Position numbers and translations under genes: made by a program. The notes under the pieces are model-generated. The model was not told the origin of the DNA. It was given only the letters and a program-made list of their open reading frames with translations, and made no database searches. From Felis catus (taxonomy: Eukaryota): a DNA stretch of 64,000 nucleotides. Below, one piece after another: positions 25,420 to 38,210 of this stretch. The stretch covers positions 7,130,001 to 7,194,000 of the forward strand of contig NC_058368.1 of assembly GCF_018350175.1 (NCBI RefSeq), in the 5' to 3' direction. Positions within the stretch are counted from its first letter, which is position 1. Each line of letters opens with the position of its first letter.

Positions 25420-25985
25420 AGAGGTAAAAAACTTTAAGCTATTATTACATCCTCTGAATATTCAGGCAGATTTTCCTTCAGTAAAGCCAGAGCTTTATTG
25501 GCACAGCATCTTGGAAAAGAGCCATTCGGTAATAAGACAGAAACACATTTTGGAAATGAAAACACTGAAATGGAAACACTGTGTGGTAGAGCCACACAAG
25601 GAAATACTGCTGAGCAATAAAAAGGAAGGAACTGTCGTGGGACTACAGTAGTGGTCCAAACATCCAGCATGGATGAATTTCAAAGGTATTAGGTTGAACT
25701 GACAAAGCTAGACCCAAAGAGTTCACGTGGTACGGGTTCATGTATGTGAAAGTCTGCAATAGGGGCAATTAAGCTATGGTCGTAGAAACCATCAATGGGC
25801 TTCTGGAGAGGGTCCTGAGTTGACTGGGAAGAGGCGCGAGGAACTTTCTGGGGTGATGGAAGTGTTTTCTATAAATCTTTATTGAATGGTTCCACCGGTT
25901 GTATGCATGCACTTGCTGCAATTGACCTGTGCCCTTAAAAAGCGTGTGTTTTGTGGTATGAATATTACACAGCAATTCAAAAAAG
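25420..25985 (+). mobile_element. L1ME-like 3' end
   Basis: 'gcaataaaaaggaaggaact...catggatgaatttcaaa...gactgggaagaggcgcgaggaactttctggggtgatggaa'. Confidence 0.75.
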
Positions 25986-26039
25986 ATGTGAAAACCAACA
26001 TGAATGGACGCAGTCTCAAAAACAAAAAAAAAATCTACT

Positions 26040-26900
26040 GAGTGGACACATTGACCTCTAATTCAACTGAAAATTGAATCTGTGAATTAGAGAAAAGTGT
26101 TAGAAATCATACTCCTAGGAAGGAATAAAAAGACGAATCCAGAGTGACCAATACGTGAATAATAGGAATTTCGCGAGGAGAGACTAGAATGAATAGGAGA
26201 AAAAGAATCCGTGAAAATATATAATACCTTTTTTACCGAGTGCAGAGAAAGGGGTCATGGAGTGCCAAGTCGGAAAAAAATAAGAAACAAACAAAAAACC
26301 ACTGAGACATTGTCTGGTGAAATTTCTCAATTCCAAGGTCAAATGGATACATTTATAAGCTTCAAGACAGAAGAAGGAGTGCCTGAGTGGCTCTGTTGGT
26401 TGAGCACCTGACTCTTGATTTCAGTCCAGGTCATGATCGCAGGATTGTGGGATTGAGCCCCGAGTTGGGCTCCATGCTGAGCATGCAGTCTGCTTGGGGT
26501 TCTCTCTCTCTCTCCCTCTGCTGCTCTCCCCTATTTGCTCTCTCTCTCTTTCTAAAAAAAAAAAAAAATAGAAAAAGACGGAAGACAAAAAAAAAAAAAA
26601 AAAACTAAACAGAATAATTAAGAAGAGAACCAAAGAAAAGAGAACCGAACGTCTTGCCTACAACACCACATGCTGGAAGATCATGGAATGATGTTCTCGG
26701 ATCCCGAGAAGAAAGAACTGCGAGCTGGAATCCCACATCTGCCCGACTCATCCTTCACGTGTGAGGGTAAAGGGTGGCGTGGTCACAATGTCACCGTCTC
26801 TCCTCTGTTAAAACAAAACATAGACATTAAAGAACCTCTGGGAAGTAGGAGACAATGGACCAGAATAAATACTTCAGAAAAGATGGAGAGAAGAAACAGT
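26040..26900 (+). mobile_element. Ancient L1/HAL1 ORF1-region remnant, interrupted by a SINE
   Basis: A-rich; 'aataataggaatttc...gtgaaatttctcaattccaagg...atgctggaagatcatggaatgatg...ctcatccttcacgtgtgaggg'. Confidence 0.55.
26376..26574 (+). mobile_element. Older Can-SINE
   Basis: TSD aagac(a/g)gaaga at 26364 and 26575. Confidence 0.9.
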
Positions 26901-26990
26901 GAGAAACAATAGAGGCTGTAGATGAATTTAAACCATTAATGGTAACAAGATCGTTAAGTGTAGTCGATTTTTAAAAGTGTTCTTAAAATA

Positions 26991-27203
26991 TGCAGCGCCT
27001 GGGTGGCTCAGTCGGTTGAGCATCTGACTTCAGCTCGGGTCATAGTCTCGCAGTTCATGGGTTTGAGCCCCGCATCGGGCTCTGTGCTGATGGCTCGGAG
27101 CCTGGAGCCTGCTTCGGATTCTGTGTCTCCCTCTCTCTCCCCCGTCCCCTGCTCATGCTCTGCCTCTCTCTGTCTCTCAAAAATAAATAAATGTTTAAAA
27201 AAA
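26991..27203 (+). mobile_element. Can-SINE (SINEC_Fc type)
   Basis: TSD aaaagt(g/a)ttcttaaaat at 26973 and 27204. Confidence 0.95.
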
Positions 27204-27450
27204 AAAAGTATTCTTAAAATCGAAGAGGCATAATGTAAAAATTAATGTTAGCATAAACTCAGACATTTAGATGATTTTGACCACGGCTGAAATCCTGGGG
27301 AAGGGAGGAAGAGAAAAAATGTAAAAGTGTACTAAATATTGCAGCTTTTTTGAAACTGGGGGAGCTACACATATTTTTAAATTCTTAATAGTGATGAAAA
27401 TGCATATTCATACATGTTTGTTAGAAATAGGACTTAAAAAAAACCCTTCT

Positions 27451-27660
27451 GCGGTGCCTGGGTGGCCCAGTTGGTTAAGCATCTCACTCTTGTTTGCAGC
27501 TCAGGTCACAATCTCAAGTGTTGTGAGTTTGAGCCGCGTGTCGGGCTCTGTGCTGACAGCTCGGAGCCTGCTTGTGATTCTCTCCCTCCTTGCTCTCTGT
27601 CCCTCCCCCCACTTGCATGGTCTCTGTCTCTCTCAAAATGAAAGTAAATAAACATTAAAA
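27451..27660 (+). mobile_element. Older Can-SINE
   Basis: Head, CT tract and A tail; flanks aaaaacc(c)ttc. Confidence 0.9.
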
Positions 27661-27879
27661 AAAAACCTTCCAAAAACTACGGGATGGAGGGAAGGCTGCA
27701 TTACACATTTTTCTATATTTAAATAATTACTTACAACGAGCCTGCATTATTTCTGCAAAAATAGTTTTGATTTGTTTTCTCTTATGGTTCTTTTAAAGAT
27801 GTTTAATGGGTTGTTAATTATAAAAGTAACACATGCCCTCAGAAATACGTGGATTTCTTTTGTCTCAGGGAAGAGGCGT

Positions 27880-28460
27880 AAAGGTATTTTCATTAAAAAT
27901 ACTGTGAAAACCACTCTTCAGGTGTATGCATCAAGTTTTGAATGCATCTCTGATTCTTTCATCAGGAGAAATTTCTTGAAGTGTTATTAATGAGGTCAAA
28001 TGACAGAAGCAGTTTTAAAGCTCTTGGACGGTCTTTCAGAGAAGTTGTGTCAGTGTGTGTTTTCATCGGCAGTGTATAATAACCATCCCATCGTGTCTTC
28101 ACCAATACTTGTATTTTAATTTAAAAAATGTAACCAACTTGTAGAAAAGTATTTGAGGGCAGCATTTCATTAATGATGAACTGAAACGTTTTGCCTATAC
28201 GCTCATTTTTGGCTATAGTTCCATTTATTTAAAACAATAAAACGTATATAGAATGGGGTGTGGGGTTTTTTTTTGGCTATTTACTCATTTTTCTAATGGA
28301 CACTTTATATTTTTCTTGTTGATTTTTATGAGCTCTTTATATGTGAAAGATAGTAATTCCTTCTCCTACTTAATTTAAGTATTTTCCCAGTTTCCAATTT
28401 GCTTTTTCAACTGTGATTTTTGGCCTGCGTTCAAAACCTTTTTAAAAATGCTTTACTTTA
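27880..28460 (-). mobile_element. Ancient L1M ORF2 remnant
   Basis: T-rich 'cttcaccaatacttg...tttttcttgttgatttttatgagctctttatat...attttcccagttt'. Confidence 0.6.
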
Positions 28461-28471
28461 TGCTTAAATAA

Positions 28472-28697
28472 GTTTTTCCCCCCAGCTTTATTGCCATAAA
28501 ATGTATGTAAATTTAAGATGTACAACGTGATGATTTGACACACACATATATTGTAAATGATAAAACCCCAATAAGGTTAGTGAAATCTCCATCCTCCCAC
28601 ATAATTACCATTATTAAATTTCATGTGGTGATAATATTTAAGATCTACTCTCTTAAATTTCAAGTATATACTACCATATTGTTCATTACAGTCCCCA
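28472..28697 (-). mobile_element. L1MA9-like 3' end
   Basis: 'cagctttattg...tttaagatgtacaacgtgatgatttga...atttaagatctactctctta...tttcaagtata'; flanked by ttaaataa on both sides. Confidence 0.85.
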
Positions 28698-28940
28698 TTA
28701 AATAAATTCTTACCCATTTAGAGATCAGGTATGTATATTTTCTCATGTTGGTTTATATTTTACTGTGTGTTCCATGTGAAATTTAGTCTACATTGTCAGG
28801 TGAGAATGTAACTTTTTGCCTCCAAATAACTATTAACTTGCAAAACACTGAGCTGAAATCCTGGCCCAGGCAGAAATTCCTGTATGACCTCAAGCCGTGA
28901 TTAAATGACATAATATATGCAAAATTCCATACAAGCAGCC

Positions 28941-29384
28941 TGTTGTCAAGAACCATGAAGAGTCTGAGAATTTACCCTGATTTCTGCTAATAAGTTACCT
29001 GCCACACTTTCAAGGATGCTGATAGAAGACACAAGACTCCTGTATCAGAGACAAAGGACTTGTTACTCAGCAGCAGGAGCAGCCCATATTTGCAGCAGTC
29101 CCCTGTCCCCAAGTCCCATGGCAGTGAATGGTAGGCACAGAAGGTTGCTTGTACACACAATGGGTTGCATTCTAGAAAAGGAACCCTGAGCTTAGGGAAT
29201 CCAAAGCTTCTGTAATGTTCAGGAAGCATGCCTGCCCTTTGCTTTAAGGGATCCCTCCGTCTTCCAAGGCTCTTTGCTATATGGTCATCCTTAAAAAGAT
29301 GATCTGGAAGAAAGGACAGTTAGTGCCTCTTCTGCAAGACATTCAGAGAAGTAGGAGACCCAAGGAGAATTGTCTCTCCCAGCA
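28941..29384 (-). mobile_element. Solo ERVL LTR (LTR40-like)
   Basis: TG...CA ends; minus strand begins tgctgggagagacaattctccttgggtctc and contains agaggcactaactg, ccttggaaga and aaagggcagg. Confidence 0.75.
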
Positions 29385-30265
29385 CCTGCATATAGAAAAT
29401 GTGCAATAAAGACAATCAGGTTGCTATCACCTACTGGTACATATTGTGTTTATTGTATATACTTTGGCCTGTCTCTGGGCTCTTTATTCTCTTTTATTAT
29501 TTCATCTGTAACACTTCGATGTAGCTAATCTTATATTCTATGAGAAAAACCAATGTCAATTTTAAGAATCACTTTGGTATAAATGCTGAACAAATCACTT
29601 AGATAAAATTGTGAATCGCACAGCTGTTTTGGTATCTGTCAAGGCAGAAAAATTGGTTCACATGGAAGCCATCCCCCACTTCCTTCTGTCCTCCAGACAC
29701 ATTCAAACAATAGAACAAAACATCTAAAAAAAATTCTGAAACATCTTAAAACAGTTGACGAATAACTGGCTCAAAAACAAGAGAGACACATCTTCAAATC
29801 CGACCCAGGATAGAAACATGAAGGTATCATCATGTAAAGTCACAGGTCTACTTGGCTCAGGGTCCAGAAACAGGCAGGCCATAGGACCGCCCGGTGACAG
29901 ACTAGGGGGCAGCATTCACGTTGGTGTCTGTGTAAATGGCTTCCCAGGGGGCCAGGGGGCCAAAAGGGCTCCAGAAGAGGATCTTCTAGAAAACAGTGGG
30001 AAGAGGCTTAGCACACCGCTCAGGACTGTGGATGGCATTGAACTGCGTGTCTGCTGGAGTAAACACTTGTTATTTGTGGCTGCTTACTATTTTGACCACC
30101 CTCTCCGCATTGTGATGATTCTCTACATTAAGTCTTGCCTTTCCAAAGTGGAAGCCAGAAAAATCCACATTCCGGGAATTCCTTGAAACTAGGCTCCATG
30201 CATATGGCCTGGTCTCTGCCAATCAGGCGAGTCCCCATGAGGCCTGGACACAGTATTGAGCCAGG

Positions 30266-30631
30266 TGTTAGAGGATGAATTGTGTGCACCCAAAATTCAT
30301 AGGTTGAAAAACTAATCTAAACTAATGTGACTTGTTTGGAGATAAGGCCTTGGGGAGAGAATTAAGGTCAAATATGGTCATAATGGCGGGGCCCTGAGTC
30401 CTTATCAGAAGAGGAAGAGACACCAGGGACTGGAGACCGGAGAAGAAGCCATGTGAGGACATGATGAGACGGTCATCCACAACCCAAGGGGAGAGACCTC
30501 AGGAGAAACCAATCCTGCCAACACCTCCATCTTGGACATCCAGCCTCCGGAGCTGTGAGAAATAAATTCCTGCTGTTTAAGCGCCCCCAGCCTGTGGTGG
30601 TATTTTGTATGGTCATATAAGCTGACTTACA
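30266..30631 (+). mobile_element. Solo MaLR LTR (MLT1A/B-like)
   Basis: 'tgaattgtgtgcacccaaaattcata...gccatgtgaggaca...atcttggacatccagcctcc...ctgtgagaaataaattcctgctgtttaagc'. Confidence 0.88.
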
Positions 30632-31074
30632 GGCAAAGTAAGGAGGCGTCCTGTATGTTGGCCGAGGCACCTATTTCTTTTGGAGATGGCAGCGGTGAGG
30701 GGGCTAGTCCCGAGAAGCCCCCGCTGTCTTTCTCCATATGTCTCACTGCCAGCATTGGGCCACGTGGCCAACCTTAGCGAACACAAGGGCAAAGAGAGGA
30801 GGAGATTGGTAAGAGACCAATCACGAGTCAGCCCCCATGACTGAGCAGACCCCACTGACCAAACGGGGTTCTGTGATCAAGAAGAAGGAGGAATGGCTCC
30901 TGGGGCGGGTAGCCAACAGCACCTGCCATTGTCCCCTCAGCCCTGAGTCCTTTTCCTCAATGCCCTTTCCTTACAGGTGGACCAGGCTTCCTGAAAGCAG
31001 CAGAGGTCTTTACTGTCCCCATTTGCAGTCTGCTCGAGTGGTCTGTCCAAAGTGCTTTTTAAAAAAATACGAAG

Positions 31075-31400
31075 CCTTGTGGAAGATTATTCAGCCATAA
31101 AAGACACCGATAGGCGGAACAACACGGGTGACCGTCAGATGATGTTGAGTGAAGGAAGCCAGACACAAAGACCATACTGCACGATTCCACCCATATGAAG
31201 ATCTAGAATGAGCAAAAATACTTTAAGGTGGAAAAGGTCAGGTCAGCGGTTACCTCTGAGGACGTGGGGATCACCCGCGAAAGGATACGAGGGAGCTCTC
31301 TGCGAGAAGGGCGATATTCTATTCTGTGACAAGGTGTGGGTTACAGGGTGTGTCGCTGGTCATAGTTATCCTGCCAAGCTGTGCGCGGTCCAAGGTGCAC
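31075..31400 (+). mobile_element. L1ME-like 3' fragment
   Basis: 'tattcagccataaaa...tgttgagtgaaggaagccagacacaaag...atactgcacgattcca...ggttacctctg'. Confidence 0.75.
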
Positions 31401-31744
31401 CCTCTACAGTGAGTAGGGGTAAGAGGGTGGACACGCGGGGACGAAAGGAGAACCACAGAATGTGGCTCGTTGGAGCTGGTTGATGGGAACGTGGGGTTCG
31501 TTGCCTTTGTTCCGTTCAGTTTTATTAGTTTTTCAAAATGAGAAAAAAGACCATTTTCTCCTCTCTCCTTCACTCCGGCTGGGTCTGTAGTTTGTATCTC
31601 CCAGATAAGGGCCTACTCAGCTGCCCTTGGCTGCCTTCTGGAGCCCGGTGCTCTAGCTGGGAGCACCTGGGTCGCTGGGCAGCGGCCCAGGTGCAGACTC
31701 CGCCCCCACACTCCCTGAACTCTGTGTTGCAATTTGCCATCTTT

Positions 31745-31852
31745 GGACTCCTTAAAGCAGAGATGGCCACTCTCCCTGTGTGCCCAGCCCCTAGCACAGA
31801 GCCCTGCTCAGAGTGGGTGCTCCCCAAATGTCTGGTGAGCGAACAGATGAAT
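31745..31852 (+). mobile_element. L2 3' end
   Basis: 'cccagcccctagcacagagccctgctcagagtgggtgctc...aaatgtctggtga...atgaat'. Confidence 0.6.
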
Positions 31853-31929
31853 AACAACTTCGCGGAACAGTTGAGCCAAATGGATGATCCTTGCAATAGG
31901 CTGTAACCCTTCCAAAAAATAAGTGTATT

Positions 31930-32123
31930 GGGGCGCCTGGGTGGCTCAGTCGGTTGAGCGTCCGGCTTCGGCTCAGCTCATGAGTTCGAGCCCCGCGTCG
32001 GGCTCTGTGCCGACAGCTCGGAGCCTGGAGCCGGCTTCGGATTCTGTGTCTCCCTCCCTCTCTGCCCCTCCCCTGCTCCTGTCCTGTCTCTCTGTGTCTC
32101 AAAAATAAGTAAAAACATTAAAA
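31930..32123 (+). mobile_element. Can-SINE with small internal deletion
   Basis: TSD aaaaaataagt(g/c)tat; the 'gtcatgatctc' segment is missing. Confidence 0.95.
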
Positions 32124-32984
32124 AAAAAATAAGTCTATGGTAGACAGAACCTAATCTATAAACGGCCCGGACTCCAAAGATTGAATTGTCAGCCGCTTGG
32201 ATCTCTTGGTGAATTTCTCCCAGACCTGCTGCAAACAATGGTGACTTAACCTCTTCCGATCATAGAGCGGAGCGCTGTCTCGGTGCAAAAGTGGAAAAAG
32301 ACCTTCCGAGATCCAGCCTGGAAAACCGGTCTTTAGCAGAAAGCTGCAAAGCGTGCGAATGTGAAATAGTCCGTTTTTACTGAGAGGCGACGACCCTGAG
32401 CGAGGCAGACGGGCGAAGAGCCACCTGGAAGCCCCTCCTCTTCCAGCCTGGGTGGACGTTCGCTCCCTCCGTGCCCTGCACTTCCCATCGCTGACGGTGG
32501 CTGCAGAATTTCCACCCAGAAAGGGCTCCGAGGCCTGGTCCCGAAGCCGTATTTGCTTTCGCTTAGATTACAGGTATATTTGGGATCGCTTAGAGGGGTT
32601 GCGGAAGCCCCCCCCTTCCCCGCTTGCCTTGGGCTGTCACCACAGGCACATGAGTAGTCATAATTGCTAATTTAATTAGTATTTCTCCTCCCCAGTGAAA
32701 TGTCTGCCTGGTGGGGGCAAGCCTTGTGTCTGTTTTTCTTGCCATTAACCCCCCCCAGCACCCGGCGAGCACTCAGTAGCTATTGCTGGATGTTGAACGG
32801 GAGCATCATGCCTGAGAGTCAGGCGGCTGGGTGTGGTGTGCACGTGGGGCCTGCAGGTGTTTCTAGACTCCCAGAAGAACATCCCCGACCTCTGCTGGCT
32901 GGCCAGCACCTGGCCTCCTGGGGACGGGGTGGGGGGAAAGGAGGCTTCTCCCTCGGGATACTGAAGGAGAAGGTAGGATCTCTT

Positions 32985-33102
32985 CCCTACTGAATGTCTC
33001 CCATGTGCCGTGTGCTGGAGGTGTGATGTACGCGATCTCGTTTGACCCTTACGAGTTCCATAAATATCCCCACTTTACAGATGGGGAAACAGAGGCTCGG
33101 AG
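32985..33102 (-). mobile_element. MIR fragment
   Basis: 'atccccactttacagatggggaaacagaggctc'. Confidence 0.75.
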
Positions 33103-33380
33103 CTGGTTCTGCATGGAGATAATAAAGTGCACTAACTCCCTCAAGATACCTAACTCCCAGTGCCTCAGGGTCAAAGCCCCCAGCGCCGTCCAGGTAACTA
33201 AGTGACTCCTGCGCCCAAGCTCAGGGACTGTTACGTTGCAGCTGCTGCTGCGGGTGCTAAAAACGCCACCTGTAGGCAGCCGGCCTGTGGGAGGCAAGGA
33301 GGTCTGAGCGTGTCATCGGGCTTCCACGCGTGCCGACGGGGGCTGGCGCGGCTCCCTTGCCAGCCACTCGAGGAGACCCG

Positions 33381-33824
33381 TGTATTTGTTTCCTGCGGCT
33401 GCTGTAACTTACCAACCCAAACCAAGTGGCTCAGAACAACACACATTGACTCGGTTGCAATTCCAGAGGCCAGAATTCAGACATCAGTTTCCCTGTGCTA
33501 AAACTCAAGGCGTGGGCAGGGCTGGTTCCTCCTGGGGGCTCTAGAGGAGAATCCTTTTCCTTGCCTTTTCTGGCTCCGTCTGCCCGTCCCTCCAGCCTCT
33601 GCTTCTGTCATAGCGTCCCCTCCGTGACTTTGACCTTCTTGCTTCCCTCTTCCAGGATACTTGTCTCTGAGCATATTTCGAGCAAGCCAGAATGAGCTCC
33701 CCTATCTCCAGAGCTTCAGGGTAGTTACATCTGCGAAGTCCCTTTTGCCAGCGAAGGTGACCTTTGCACGTTCCTGGTTTTAGGCCACGGACATCTCGGG
33801 GGACCATGATTCAGCTGACCCCCA
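33381..33824 (-). mobile_element. Solo MaLR LTR (MLT1C/D-like)
   Basis: 'tgtatttgtttcctgcggctgctgtaac...gcagggctggttcctcctgggggctctagaggagaatcc...acatctgcgaagtcccttttgcc'. Confidence 0.85.
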
Positions 33825-34108
33825 CCCCGCGTCTCCGTAAGGATCTGGTGTGAGTGGGCCAAAGGGCCCAGCGTGGCCAGCAGACAATTCACTCGAAAAT
33901 GTAACCTTCAACGTATTATTTGTACAAGTACGGAAGAGAAAAACCACCCCACTACCTCTTGGGCAAGTCAACAACTATTATGTTTCCTGTTCTCCTTCCT
34001 GTCTTTGGCTAAATGCAGACATCCTATCACATAATCGCTGTCAAAGGCTTAATACAATTTCTCTTCTGCCCTTTTCACTTAATACACTATGTACTTTAAA
34101 GTGTTTGT

Positions 34109-34315
34109 GGGGCCCCCGGGTGGCTCGCTCAGTTAAGCATCCGAACCTTGATTTCAGCTCAGGTCATGATCTTGCAGTTCGTGGGGTCCAGTCCCGCGTT
34201 GGGCTCTGTGCTGACAGCACGGAGCCTGCTTGGGATTTTCTCTCTCTTCCCCTGCCTTTCTTCCTCACTTGTGCTCTCTCTCTCTCAAAATTAATGAATT
34301 AATGAATTTAAAAAA
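34109..34315 (+). mobile_element. Older Can-SINE
   Basis: Degenerate TSD taaagt(g/a)ttt(g/a)t. Confidence 0.92.
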
Positions 34316-34580
34316 TAAAGTATTTATAACTGTAACTGATAGCTTCTTTTAGGTTGTTCTTCTGTACAAAAGAGGGTGTGGTAACTAACAGACTTCTTTA
34401 AAATACCAGGGGGCCACTGAGATGAACAGGTGTTCCTGGCTTCAGTTTGCATCACTCGTCTTTCCTCAAAGTCAACATTAGGGGCAGAGGCCCGCTCCCT
34501 GGTCCCCTAATGCCTCGCCCCCCCAGGGCAGCTTAAGATGCTTTCAATTGACCTTAGAAATGTCTCTACCCACCCCCACC

Positions 34581-34802
34581 TTTTTATTTATTTATTTTTT
34601 AAATGTTTATTCCTGAGAGAGAGGGAGACAGAGCATGAGCAGGGGAGGGGCACAGAGAGGGAGACACAGAATCCAAAGCAGGCTCCAGGCTCTGAGCTGT
34701 TAGTCAGCCCAGAGCCCGACGCGGGGCTCAAACTTAGGAACCGTGAGATCATGACCTGAGCCGAAGTCGGACGCTTAACCAACTGAGTCGCCCAGGTGCC
34801 CC
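34581..34802 (-). mobile_element. Can-SINE (SINEC_Fc type)
   Basis: Full reverse-strand body. Confidence 0.95.
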
Positions 34803-35239
34803 TATCCCTCCTTTTTAAAAATTATTTGCAACCCCCTTGGTTTCTGCTGGAGGGAAAAGACACATGGGAACCACACGGGTGGTAGGGAAGAAGAGAAGAG
34901 AAAATGCATGGATGAGAGGCCCATCGAACAGACACTGACTTGTGCAGCATTCCAAATTTATTTCCTCACTCACCCCAGCCCAGCAGCTGGGCTCTTAGAA
35001 GACTGCCGTGTTGGCTAGACATGCGGGCCTCTCTTATTCTGGAAGGATTTCTTGCTGAAAAGGCAGCTGCGGCTGCCTCCCACAGAGAAGGGAAAGACAG
35101 CCAGCGTGAAAGTTTATTCAATTCCTGCGTCCAAAGGTTATTCTGATCCCGCCATCTTTTCTTTTTAAAGCCTATAAAGGTAAGGCAGGAGCAAATTTTA
35201 CTGTAATAGAAAAAAAAAAAAAAAACCCAACCAACCCTT

Positions 35240-35490
35240 GGGCCTGTGGTTTCAGTAATTAGCTCAATGCGCTAATGAGAGTCTTCAGGGAGAACAGCAT
35301 TAATTAATGGGTGAATTTCACTTTAATAAATGTATAGGCAATTTTCTAAATGCAGATGGCAGAGGGTGCTCTGATGGCTCTACCTAGAGCCACTCAATAC
35401 GGTAAGTGTCTGAGGAAAGTGGTTAATTTGTAAAATGCTTCATGATCCTGATTAGAAGAGAAATAACGCTTATGTTTGCTTTCCAATGTA
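35240..35490. promoter_or_regulatory. Candidate conserved non-coding element / enhancer
   Basis: Repeat-free; TAATTA, palindrome CATTAATTAATG (35298-35309), E-box CAGATG (35353). Composition only; conservation not tested. Confidence 0.35.
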
Positions 35491-37126
35491 TTATTCATCC
35501 CTCCCATCCTTCCCCCACATCCATGGTGTTCTTTTTGTTGATCCTATTGTCCTGAATGGGAAGATGCCTCCCTCCGTCCCCGACAGCCCCCTTCCCCGTC
35601 CTGAGGGCTTTCTCTCCCAAGGCCAGCCCGCCATCTCTTTATCTCCCCTACCTCTGAGTATCAGAAAGGGCCAGAACGTGGTCCAGGCAAGATCAACATC
35701 GCTGTCTCAAGGAAGGCATCTTCCGGGAAGTGTAACGGGCCAAAGTCATCGTTTCTTTAAGAAACAGTTAGCTGGTTAGTCGCTGGTTACGGACACTGAG
35801 AAACACCGAGTCACGACAGGGAGGTGAGAGGGGTGAATTCCTCTCCTCTTGTAATTAACCTTCTGGGTTTCGTGTATCTTCCTCCTTCACTGTCAAGTGA
35901 ACCTGGGCTCCGATTTACAAACAGGCTTCCAGGCCTTCAGAACCGGCTCTTGGCCGCAGGATTCCTTAGGCACTTTCTTGGGCACTCCTACTGGGGAGTC
36001 AAAAGTACAACAGAATTAAACAGCTCTGGGTCAATTAGCTTGAAAAGTCACAAGAAGTCAAAATTCACTGCAACCATTATCTTGACAGTGAAATCTCAGT
36101 TTAACAAATTCGCTATGAGCTCGGATCGAACTAATTGGAAAGTCCAGTTAAATGGAAATGCCTTGTCCTGTGACTTAGCCTTTTAAGAATCAAAACGGGA
36201 GCCTGCTCCCTGGTCATTGCTACCGCTTAGGAAAAAGAGACAGATGACAAGATCACCCGCTGTACGGGATCCAACTCCTCCCTCACGGGGCGTTTCCCAC
36301 CCTCATTGGAGACTCTGTCACGATCGTAGACCCCGTAAAGCTGTGTCGACATTCGGGACGTGACTCTGAGGGACAGCAGGAGCCCCGGGAACAGAGCCCA
36401 CCCTGCACACCTTTGCATAGCACCCCCCCGAGGGCGAGGGAAACCACCACACTCCAGGATTGCTTCCCCCTTCATCCCATGAGAAGTCATAAACTAGGTG
36501 AGTTGGATGTTATGTTCTCATAAATAGATTCTGAATCCAGCACAAAAATCCAGTATGATCACAGAATCTGTATGGTCCTGAAATCACGGGTGTTTTTCAG
36601 GAACCAGAATGGAACTGGGGATTATTGAGTGTTCACGGCGCAGATGAGAAGGGTTGGGGGGGGGGGGAATGTGCTCAAAGCCAGCCGGATGGAGTAGAAC
36701 GAGGCACAGCCCCAGCTCCCAACCTACGGATGACAGCACCAGCCTACGGATGAAAGCCGGGCCCTGCCTGCGTGCTCTGTTCTTGCCAACCCCTCAATAT
36801 GCCCACTTTGACCCGGCCATTAATACACTGGCATTGTCACTCTAGGCTTGGCTGGATTCTAGTCTTGGGAGTAAACAGGCTGCTAAATTTAGACAAGTGG
36901 AGCACATTTAGCAAAGTCAAGAAACCAGCATGGCCACATGAGGATACACGACAGCCTTAGCCGGATGTGACTGATGTATCTGCTGGAGATGCCCTCCTAA
37001 TTCATGGACCTTGGGGAGGCAGGAAAACAGTGATCCATGAGCCATCATACAAGCGAGCTGGAAAGAGAAATGCATGCCTGAGTCCCTTCCATGATGTTGG
37101 TTATTGAGACTTGGGCAGTTTTTAAA

Positions 37127-37330
37127 TTTTTTTTTTTTACATTTATTTATTTTTGAGAGACAGAGCACAAGGGGGGGGGGGGAGGGGCAGAGAGAGAAGG
37201 AGACTCCGAAGCAGGCTCCAGGCTCCGAGCTGTCAGCACAGAGCCCGATGCGGGGCTCGAACCCACGAACCGCGAGATCATGACCTGAGCTGAAGTTGGA
37301 CGCTCAACCGACTGAGCCACCCAGCACCCC
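37127..37330 (-). mobile_element. Can-SINE (SINEC_Fc type)
   Basis: Degenerate TSD agacttgg(gca/atg)gtttttaaa. Confidence 0.95.
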
Positions 37331-37989
37331 AAGACTTGGATGGTTTTTAAAAATGTGCTTGGAAAATTCTTGCTTCGAGTTAGAAGAGTGCGTGAAGGGC
37401 CAGAGACATATGCACCCCTCCTCACTCCGGCTGGACCCTCTTCAGAGTCTCTGACTGCGACCGGGCATGCGCCTTCTTCTCTGCTATGAGAAAGCAAGGA
37501 TCATGGACAGTTGACCTCCATGGCGGGGGCTGAGTCACTGCTCAATGGTCTATTCTGAAGAACCCACTGGCCCACGTGAGCCCTGAGAAGGCGACCATTT
37601 ACTGATCCACTCTGAGGGCAAATGTTTGAAACTACCAGGGGAATTGCCTAGACCCCGTCCGTGACCGCAGTGGAGTGCCCAACTGGTGACTTTCATCTCT
37701 TAAGCAACTCATTCATTTATTCCACAAACCTTTCACCGACCGCCTCCTTTCTGCCAGGCCCTGCGTGGACCAGAGCAGTCCTTTCCTTACGGAGCATAGG
37801 GTTTACCGGCAGAGAGCCAGTGAAATAATAATCCCCACGGTAAATCGATTAAGTCACTAATGTCCCATTTGCCCTGGCCAGTCGCTATCCCCAGTGCTTT
37901 GTTATGGTGGCTCTTGGGTCATAACGGGCTAGGTCAGGCTAGCTGAGGCCGGGACCAGGAGTCCAGCTAGGCCACAGGTTCTAAATGGC

Positions 37990-38210
37990 AGAGAAGTCAA
38001 GCATGTAACTTCTGAAGACAGACCGTCCAGACTCCAGTCCCGTAACTGCCATTCACCCCTTGTGTGACCTTGGATAAGTAAGTCGAGCACGTCCGAACCT
38101 GTTTCCTCCGTTGTGCAACTGAGCGTTTTTGCCTGCCAGGCAGGGCCACCGTGGGCCTCCGAGGGAACGATGTTCCAAGGGCCTGGAACATGTAAAATGT
38201 TAGCTGTTGG
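37990..38210 (+). mobile_element. MIR
   Basis: 'tgtgtgaccttggataagt...ctgtttcctccgttgtgcaactg'. Confidence 0.65.

Noticed and set aside
36720..36758. cctacggatga repeated at about 21-bp spacing
   Set aside because: Short two-copy duplication with no evident motif; expected background.
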